A DNA stretch of 64,000 nucleotides. It comes from Clostridia bacterium (GTDB taxonomy: Bacteria > Bacillota > Clostridia > Christensenellales > QALW01). Made by a program: the position numbers and the translations under genes. Position 1 is the first letter of the stretch; every line of letters begins with the position of its first letter. The stretch lies in the NCBI GenBank assembly GCA_045594045.1, contig JAZNXV010000008.1, positions 6,649 to 70,648 of the forward strand, in the 5' to 3' direction. Below are positions 29,318-35,399 of the stretch, in pieces. Below the pieces are notes generated by a model. It worked only from the letters and a program-made list of their open reading frames with translations. It was not told where the DNA came from and did not search any database.

Positions 29318-29937
29318 TGCATATACTTCAAACTGCAAACGCAGGGGTGCTTTTAACCCTTGACGGCACACGTATTTTGCTTGACGGCATTTGCACAAAG
29401 GTATTAAATTTTATAGAAACACCAAACAACATCAGGGCGGATTTAATTAAAAATCCGCCCGATGCTTTAGTATTCACCCATAAGCACGCTGACCATTATG
29501 ACCAAGGCTTTGCTCTTGATTTTCAGCACGCAGGCGGAATCGTTATAGGACCCGACAGCCCACAAAGCACACGGGTTGGCACTGTAAGCATTATGCCGTT
29601 TTCAACACGTCATATAGGTGCATACAAAATGGAGCATAACAGCTTTGTTATCTCGGGCAGTCGATGCATCTGGTTTTTAGGTGATGCTTCGCCTAACGAA
29701 ATTAAGCATTTAACGGACTTGCAAAAACCCGATTTGTTAATCGTTCCCTTCGCCTATGCCAATAGTCCTTTAGCCTGGGAAACAACGAAGGGTTTAAATG
29801 CTAAAGCCGTTATGATAGTCCATATGCCCGAAAAAGAAAACGATACCGCAGGCATCTGGCAAAGCGTGCTTGAAACGGTTAAAACGGAAACAAACGTAAT
29901 CATAAGCGAAACAGGAAAAGAGTACAGGTTGTTTTAA
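29317..29937 (+). CDS. MBL-fold metallo-hydrolase
   Basis: 206 aa; HKHADHYD (HxHxDH) motif; start overlaps the E1 stop (TAATG). Confidence 0.7.
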   Translation: MHILQTANAGVLLTLDGTRILLDGICTKVLNFIETPNNIRADLIKNPPDALVFTHKHADHYDQGFALDFQHAGGIVIGPDSPQSTRVGTVSIMPFSTRHIGAYKMEHNSFVISGSRCIWFLGDASPNEIKHLTDLQKPDLLIVPFAYANSPLAWETTKGLNAKAVMIVHMPEKENDTAGIWQSVLETVKTETNVIISETGKEYRLF

Positions 29938-29973
29938 CGCCCTGCACAAAAGTTTTAAAACTAACAAACAACC

Positions 29974-30005
29974 AAAGCCTACTAAAAAGCGGTAGGCTTT
30001 TTTCA
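29974..30005 (+). terminator. Rho-independent terminator
   Basis: AAAGCCTAC..GTAGGCTTT hairpin followed by TTTT. Confidence 0.75.
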
Positions 30006-30067
30006 TTGGAGCGCAGTGTATTAGAACTTCAAAAATTCGTTGTAGCGGTCTTTGTTATATAAAAGCG

Positions 30068-30096
30068 TTGATTATTTAACGGTAAAATGTTATAAT
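30068..30096 (+). promoter_or_regulatory. Sigma-A type promoter
   Basis: TTGATT, 17-nt spacer, TATAAT, with TGT extended -10. Confidence 0.6.
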
Positions 30097-30152
30097 TAAA
30101 ATATAAACACGCAAATAGAAAATACGTTTTATGAGTTTGGAAGAAAATAAAA

Positions 30153-30821
30153 ATGGACCTTAAAGCAGCGATTTTCGATATGGACGGAACGCTTATAAAT
30201 TCCTTAATAGCTTGGGAATTTATTTGGAAAAGTGTTGGCGATTTTTGCGGCATAGAAAATTTTAAGCCCAAAGAAGAACACGATAGGTTAGCCCGCACCA
30301 TGCTTTACCGAGATGCAATAGGCATGATATGCAGGGAATATAACTTAAACAAGGATCCCCAAGAGGTTTTTCTTGTGGCGGTTAAAACCTTGGAAAGCTT
30401 TTACGCAACAACGGTGGAGTGCAAAGAGGGCGTTATAGAGTTTTTAGAATATTTAAAAAGCAAAAACGTAAAAATGTGTATTGCAACGGCATCGGATATG
30501 CATCTTTTATCTGTTGCAATCAAGCATTGTGGGCTGGATAAGTATTTTTCAATTTTCTCTTCCTGCAAAGACGTGGGCAAGGGTAAAGATTCGCCCCAGG
30601 TGTTTATTCGGGCGGCTGAGCTTTTAGGGGTAGAAATAAGCGATGCATGGGTGTTTGAGGATTCATGTACAGCCATTAAAACAGCCGCCGCGGCAGGCTT
30701 CAAAACGGTAGCGGTTTTTGACGCAAACAACTACGGGCAAGCGGAAATGCAGGCGGTTGCGTCTGAATATATTGCAAAGGGCGAAACCTTGATGAAGCTT
30801 GTAGCCCAAGGCAAAATATAA
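30153..30821 (+). CDS. HAD-superfamily hydrolase (beta-phosphoglucomutase-like subfamily IA)
   Basis: DMDGTLINS (DxDxT) motif; ATAS; FEDS. Confidence 0.8.
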   Translation: MDLKAAIFDMDGTLINSLIAWEFIWKSVGDFCGIENFKPKEEHDRLARTMLYRDAIGMICREYNLNKDPQEVFLVAVKTLESFYATTVECKEGVIEFLEYLKSKNVKMCIATASDMHLLSVAIKHCGLDKYFSIFSSCKDVGKGKDSPQVFIRAAELLGVEISDAWVFEDSCTAIKTAAAAGFKTVAVFDANNYGQAEMQAVASEYIAKGETLMKLVAQGKI

Positions 30822-30894
30822 CGATAAGAAACATTTTGGCTCCGCTTGCGCCGTGAAGGAACCATAAAATAAGAATACATTTGTAGGTGTAAAA

Positions 30895-32139
30895 ATGACG
30901 TACGTTGAATTTTTTGATGAAAGTGCTATAAAAAATGTGTGCACGTGCTTGACCGATTCGCCGGAAAAGGTTATTTTCATCGGTGATAATTCTAAAAAAA
31001 TGCAAAGGCATATAAAAAATTATCAAAGCGTTTTTTCTGCCAGAGGACAGAATATAGAATTCACCTTCAAAACCGTTTCAAAAAATAATTTGGAAAGTAT
31101 GATAAGCGTTATTTCCGCTATTGTTGAAGAAAATGAAAGCTGTGCCTTCGATATTACCGGCGGCGAAGAAATATATATTCTTGCCCTGGGAATGGTGTGC
31201 GAAAAAAATCCCGATAAAAATATTCAGGTGCACAGATTCAACGTTAAAAACAACAGAATTTATGATTGTGATAAGGACGGCGTTACCGTTTATAAGGAAC
31301 CGTTAAAGCTTTCCGTAAGGGAAAACATCAAGATTTACGGCGGCGAGCTTTCAAGAGGTATGGGCAAGGATAATATATCTTTCTCCCGAGAGCTGACGGA
31401 AGAAACTCTTGTGGATTTAGAAAACATTTGGCAAGTTTGCAAGGGCAATGTTCGGCTGTGGAACGTGCAAATAGGCATTTTCAGCGCAGCTGAAAAGGTA
31501 GGCACTAAAAGCGCCGACGGCTTAACCGTAACAGCACCAATAAGCGCCACGGAAGCATATTTAAAAAGGCACAAGGCAGAATTTAAAACAATAAGAGGCA
31601 TCATTGATGCTCTGCGCAGTAAAGGCTTGCTTACCGAGTTTTTGCTTGACGACACAACGGTAAAATTAACCTATAAAAGCTCTGCCGTTAAGCGTTGCTT
31701 AACAAAAGCGGGGCAGGCACTTGAAATGAAGATTTTTTTAACTGCCAAAAGTATAAAAAACGATGACGGAAGCAATTTATTTAATGACGTTGTAAACGGT
31801 GCAGTCATTGACTGGGACGGCACCTGTGGCGACCCCTTTGAAACAGAGAACGAAATAGACGTTCTGGCAATGCACGGAATAGTGCCCGTGTTTGTTTCCT
31901 GCAAAAACGGTGCAGTCACCTCAGAGGAGCTTTATAAGCTTTCCACCGTAGCCGAGCGCTTTGGCGGCAAGGGCGCAAAAAAGGTGCTGGTTGCAACCGC
32001 CTTGAAGGAGCTGGGCTCTGCAGGCGAATATTTAAGACAGCGCGCCGAAGATATGGGCATTTATCTGATAGAGGACGTGCAGGAAATGACGCAGAGAGAA
32101 CTTGAAAAAAAGCTTGCTAATATTTGCCCTGTTCATTAA
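30895..32139 (+). CDS. Card1/Can2-like CARF-domain protein with C-terminal PD-(D/E)xK (DUF1887-type) nuclease domain
   Basis: 414 aa; Rossmann-like N-domain with DITGGEE loop; central wHTH-like segment; C-domain has G-x-x-L-E helix (KAGQALEMKIF), NEIDVL, VFVSCK and ELYKL..FGGKGAKKVLV, matching the Card1 pattern as I recall it. Confidence 0.6.
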   Translation: MTYVEFFDESAIKNVCTCLTDSPEKVIFIGDNSKKMQRHIKNYQSVFSARGQNIEFTFKTVSKNNLESMISVISAIVEENESCAFDITGGEEIYILALGMVCEKNPDKNIQVHRFNVKNNRIYDCDKDGVTVYKEPLKLSVRENIKIYGGELSRGMGKDNISFSRELTEETLVDLENIWQVCKGNVRLWNVQIGIFSAAEKVGTKSADGLTVTAPISATEAYLKRHKAEFKTIRGIIDALRSKGLLTEFLLDDTTVKLTYKSSAVKRCLTKAGQALEMKIFLTAKSIKNDDGSNLFNDVVNGAVIDWDGTCGDPFETENEIDVLAMHGIVPVFVSCKNGAVTSEELYKLSTVAERFGGKGAKKVLVATALKELGSAGEYLRQRAEDMGIYLIEDVQEMTQRELEKKLANICPVH

Positions 32140-32240
32140 AAGCAAAACCGTTTTTTCTGTTCATTTGCCTTTGTTGATAAAAATAAGCAAAATAAGCGAA
32201 AAAAACTTAACGAAAAACAAAGGCAAATATTAATTTTAAG

Positions 32241-32268
32241 TAGACAAAATAAAATTTTTTGATATAAT
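32241..32268 (+). promoter_or_regulatory. Sigma-A type promoter of the tRNA-Thr/tRNA-Leu pair
   Basis: TAGACA, 16-nt spacer, TATAAT, with TGA extended -10. Confidence 0.55.
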
Positions 32269-32282
32269 AAGTATTGTGCAAC

Positions 32283-32358
32283 GCTACCGTGGCTCAGTCG
32301 GTAGAGCAGTTCACTCGTAATGAACAGGTCGCCGGTTCGATTCCGGCCGGTAGCTCCA
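32283..32358 (+). tRNA. tRNA-Thr (anticodon CGT)
   Basis: Hand-folded cloverleaf: acceptor GCTACCG/CGGTAGC, anticodon arm GTTCA-CTCGTAA-TGAAC, T-arm GCCGG-TTCGATT-CCGGC, encoded CCA. Confidence 0.9.
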
Positions 32359-32410
32359 TTTTTAATTTAATATTCTGTTTAAACGGCTTTTTAGCCCTTA
32401 ATATGCACCT

Positions 32411-32497
32411 GCCGGTGTGATGGAATTGGCAGACGTAGTGGACTCAAAATCCACCGCTGGCGACAGCGTGCCGGTTCGAGTCCGGCCACCGGCACCA
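32411..32497 (+). tRNA. tRNA-Leu (anticodon CAA), class II with long variable arm
   Basis: Acceptor GCCGGTG/CACCGGC, anticodon arm GTGGA-CTCAAAA-TCCAC, T-arm GCCGG-TTCGAGT-CCGGC, encoded CCA. Confidence 0.9.
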
Positions 32498-32502
32498 AAA
32501 AA

Positions 32503-32540
32503 ACCTCTTTTGTTTATTGAAACAAGAGAGGTTTTTGTTT
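32503..32540 (+). terminator. Rho-independent terminator after the tRNA pair
   Basis: CCTCTTTTGTTT..AAACAAGAGAGG hairpin followed by TTTTT. Confidence 0.7.
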
Positions 32541-32602
32541 GCTTGCAGAACAGATAAGTTCGTGATATAATTTATTTAACGGTAAAATTTGTAGGTGAGC
32601 GC

Positions 32603-33385
32603 ATGAACAGTGTAAATAAAACTTTATATATTCCCTTGTACGGCAAAGCGTACGTGAGTAAAAAAGGAATATTGCTTGACGATAAAAAAGCAGAGGAAAT
32701 TTGGGCGGCAGAGGGTTTTTCCCTTAAAGGAAAAGCCAAATCAAAATGGCTTGCTTATTATATGGGAATGCGTTGCGCTGTGTTTGACCATTGGCTGAGG
32801 CAAAAGAAAACGGAAATGCAGGACGCTGTAATTATTCATATCGGTTGCGGTATGGACAGTCGTATTACACGAGTAGGTATGTCCAATCAAAAGTGGTACG
32901 ACATAGACTTTGCTGAAGTTATTGAAGAAAGAAAACGTTATTATTGTGCTTCGGCAAATTACGAGATGCTCTCAAGCGACGTAAGGCAGGACGGGTGGCT
33001 GAATGGTATATCCGAACACCAAAGCGCCATTGTCGTTATGGAAGGCGTAAGCATGTATTTGACCGAAAAGGAATTAAACAAATTGATAGGCGATCTTTGT
33101 GCTCATTTTCAATATATTGCGTTGTTAATGGATAGTTACACATCTTTGGCAGCCAAAATGTCAAAATACAGAAACCCTATCAACGATGTGGGCATAACAC
33201 AGGTTTACGGCGTTGATAACCCCAAAGCGTTGGAAAATGATGCCCTGACTTTTGTTCAGGAGCATATTATCACACCTCAAAAATACATTGACGAGCTTAA
33301 GGGGATTGAAAAGCATATATTCAAAAAAATATATGCCGGTAGATTTTCTAAAAAACTATATCGCTTGTACGAATATAGAAAATGA
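32603..33385 (+). CDS. Class I SAM-dependent methyltransferase (leucine carboxyl / TcmP-like O-methyltransferase family)
   Basis: 260 aa; IIHIGCGMDSR SAM-binding motif; VVMEGVSMYL. Confidence 0.6.
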   Translation: MNSVNKTLYIPLYGKAYVSKKGILLDDKKAEEIWAAEGFSLKGKAKSKWLAYYMGMRCAVFDHWLRQKKTEMQDAVIIHIGCGMDSRITRVGMSNQKWYDIDFAEVIEERKRYYCASANYEMLSSDVRQDGWLNGISEHQSAIVVMEGVSMYLTEKELNKLIGDLCAHFQYIALLMDSYTSLAAKMSKYRNPINDVGITQVYGVDNPKALENDALTFVQEHIITPQKYIDELKGIEKHIFKKIYAGRFSKKLYRLYEYRK

Positions 33386-33390
33386 TAAAA

Positions 33391-33428
33391 TAAGAGGTGA
33401 CACGGGGACGGTCCCTTGTCATCTCTTA
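33391..33428. other. Long GC-cored hairpin without a T-tract
   Basis: TAAGAGGTGACACGGGGAC-G-GTCCCTTGTCATCTCTTA, about 17 bp of pairing with one bulge, 5 nt after the methyltransferase stop. Confidence 0.6.
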
Positions 33429-33450
33429 ACGTTCAAATCCTATCTACAAA

Positions 33451-33486
33451 AAAATACAGACGCCATAGACGTCTGTATTTTTTTGC
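33451..33486. terminator. Bidirectional rho-independent terminator
   Basis: ATACAGACG..CGTCTGTAT hairpin flanked by A7 and T7 runs. Confidence 0.8.
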
Positions 33487-33570
33487 CTTAAACGAGTGAA
33501 AAGGTGTCTAAACAGGGGTAAAAACGAACAAAAGGTGTCCGATTCGACTTACATCAAAGGAACCAGAGAT

Positions 33571-34185
33571 TCATTCGCTTACAATGTTATTTGCTTTTAG
33601 CATTGCAACGAACTCATCGCTTATAAGCCAAGTTTCGCCCGTATGTATAAAATACCAATTATCATTATATTGATATGGACCAGATAGCTCTATTTGTATG
33701 CGAGGATCATCTTTCAAAAACATTTTCAGGTATATATACGTTTCGTGATCTATCGCTGTAGTTTCAACATCACTTTGTGTCATAGCCGATACAAGAGGAA
33801 TCTCAATATTAGAGTTCTCTACAGCATATACTTGGGTATAAAGATCGTAATCCGATCTTACGTATACACCTTTAGTGTATAACGTAGATTCTCCATTTTC
33901 GCAGAAAATGAATAACGAATTATCCTCATCAAAAGTATAGTAGTGCATATCGGGAAAGAATGGAAATTGAGATCGCCAACCAAGCTCTATAACCTTATCG
34001 CCCTCGCCTGTTCGCACCTCAAAACGATCATCAGCACGATAATAAACATTGCCGCTATACGACAAATCACCGTCTTCATCATATTCAAGTTGATTCATAT
34101 CCCCTGCAAATCGTTCCACCAACGAGCAAGAGGAAAAAGACAGCAAAACTACGCAAGTAAAAATGACACATAACAGTTTTTTCAT
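33571..34185 (-). CDS. Hypothetical lipoprotein
   Basis: ORF trimmed to MKKLLCVIFTCVVLLSFSSCS (signal peptide plus lipobox Cys); start overlaps the upstream stop (ATGA). Confidence 0.7.
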   Translation of the reverse strand: MKKLLCVIFTCVVLLSFSSCSLVERFAGDMNQLEYDEDGDLSYSGNVYYRADDRFEVRTGEGDKVIELGWRSQFPFFPDMHYYTFDEDNSLFIFCENGESTLYTKGVYVRSDYDLYTQVYAVENSNIEIPLVSAMTQSDVETTAIDHETYIYLKMFLKDDPRIQIELSGPYQYNDNWYFIHTGETWLISDEFVAMLKANNIVSE

Positions 34186-34535
34186 TTTCTGTTCTCCTTT
34201 GCGGTTTTGCAAGATGCGATTAACATAACTCTCAAAGAAGTACACTTGGAGGATAACGCTTTGAAAGTCTGCTCATCAATATACTTTGTTCTATATAGCA
34301 GTTCAAGCCAATATCCTGTTTCGCTTGCTTCTTTAAGAGCAATTTCAAATTTGGATATAAAATCCTTTGTTCCTTGCGCGTATTGCGCTTCATGAATATT
34401 AGCACCGATTGAGGTACCGCTTCTGCCGATTTGATTGGATATAATCGTTTCGTGATTCGCTTTCAGATATTTAACGAGGTTTATCATATCAACGGAGAAA
34501 TCCATTGAAAGTTCGACGAGCTTGTTTTCTTTCAT
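34182..34535 (-). CDS. Four-helix-bundle protein (23S rRNA intervening-sequence protein / Avd-like family)
   Basis: 117 aa; signature QIGRSGTSIGANIHEAQ...EIALKEASETGYWLELL. Confidence 0.8.
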   Translation of the reverse strand: MKENKLVELSMDFSVDMINLVKYLKANHETIISNQIGRSGTSIGANIHEAQYAQGTKDFISKFEIALKEASETGYWLELLYRTKYIDEQTFKALSSKCTSLRVMLIASCKTAKENRK

Positions 34536-34584
34536 AGTCGCACCTCCTTTTCCAAATATTATATCATAAATTCATATGTTTGTA

Positions 34585-34760
34585 AAATGATGCATCGCCT
34601 TGCGGCGATATGATGCATTTGCTTCGCAAATATGACGTTGCTCCACTGCGTTCCGCAATGATGCAATGTTTGCCCAATGTGCCGTCAGGCACACATCATT
34701 CGCTCAGCGAACATCATTAGGCGAAGCCGTCATCATTTGACGAAGGCAAACATCATTCAA
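34585..34760. repeat. Mirrored array of eight roughly 18-26-bp units (4 x ATGATGCA-headed, then 4 x CATCATT-headed), each with a mini-hairpin
   Basis: ATGATGCA at 34587, 34610, (ATGACG 34632), 34658; CATCATT at 34694, 34712, 34731, 34751; central hairpin TGTGCC-GTCA-GGCACA at 34678-34693. Confidence 0.75.
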
Positions 34761-34799
34761 AAAAGGAACTTTTGTCTGGTAGACAAAAGTTCCTTTTTT
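34759..34799. terminator. Bidirectional terminator just 3' of tRNA-Pro
   Basis: AAAAAGGAACTTTTGTCT-GGT-AGACAAAAGTTCCTTTTTT, an 18-bp perfect stem. Confidence 0.85.
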
Positions 34800-34801
34800 G
34801 T

Positions 34802-34878
34802 TGGTCGAGGCGACAGGATTTGAACCTGCGGCCCTCTGCTCCCAAAGCAGATGCGCTACCAAACTGCGCTACGCCTCG
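34802..34878 (-). tRNA. tRNA-Pro (anticodon TGG)
   Basis: Minus-strand cloverleaf: acceptor CGAGGCG/CGCCTCG, anticodon arm TCTGC-TTTGGGA-GCAGA, T-arm GCAGG-TTCAAAT-CCTGT, encoded CCA. Confidence 0.9.
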
Positions 34879-34893
34879 ACAAATTACTTTTAT

Positions 34894-34922
34894 ATTATAT
34901 GCAATTGCACTTGAAATGTCAA
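34894..34922 (-). promoter_or_regulatory. Consensus sigma-A promoter of tRNA-Pro
   Basis: Minus strand reads TTGACA, 17-nt spacer, TATAAT, about 15 nt upstream of the tRNA 5' end. Confidence 0.7.
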
Positions 34923-35030
34923 CGAAAAAAACATTAGTTGCAAAAAAAAGAAAACTAATATAAAATATGTATAAACGCTGTTGCAAAGCGCAAACAGGTT
35001 GTATTTCTTTTGTGTTTGCAGGGAGAACGT

Positions 35031-35306
35031 ATGCAGTTTTTAGTAATAGCACAAGCTTTGCTTTCGATAGTCAGTTTTTGCCTTATGCGGCTTGACAAGC
35101 ATCGGGCGAAAAAGCAAAAATGGCGCATAAGCGAAGCAACGTTAATATTTTTCGCTCTTTTGGGGCCTATAGGAAGCTTGTGCGCGATGACTGTTAAACA
35201 CAGCAGGCATAAGGTGAAAAAGGCATATTTTTGGTGGGCGGTCATTATAGGAATGCTTCTCTGGGGAACGTGCTTTTTTCTGGTTGCCACCTTTAAAGCA
35301 AATTAA
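35031..35306 (+). CDS. DUF1294 family membrane protein
   Basis: ORF trimmed to MQFLV after GGGAGA RBS; DKHRAKKQKWRISEATL motif typical of DUF1294. Confidence 0.7.
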   Translation: MQFLVIAQALLSIVSFCLMRLDKHRAKKQKWRISEATLIFFALLGPIGSLCAMTVKHSRHKVKKAYFWWAVIIGMLLWGTCFFLVATFKAN

Positions 35307-35399
35307 ATCAAGCGCGCTTAATAAAAGCAAGAATGTTATTGTAAAAACACCGTAAATGGTATATAATAAAAGCGGTACTAACGTTTTAAAGAGGATTGT

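Noticed and set aside
34182-34535. Diversity-generating retroelement, suggested by the Avd-like four-helix-bundle gene
   Set aside because: No reverse transcriptase ORF and no template/variable repeat pair is visible anywhere in the window.
34610-34720. 36-aa ORF (MMHLLRKYDV...) and several 4-10-codon ATGATG-initiated mini-ORFs inside the repeat array
   Set aside because: None has an RBS. The ORFs arise because the repeated ATGATG word contains both ATG and an offset TGA. I treat the region as a non-coding repeat.
34955-35290. 111-aa minus-strand ORF
   Set aside because: It overlaps the DUF1294 gene on the opposite strand and also covers the tRNA-Pro promoter. It shows no supporting signals.
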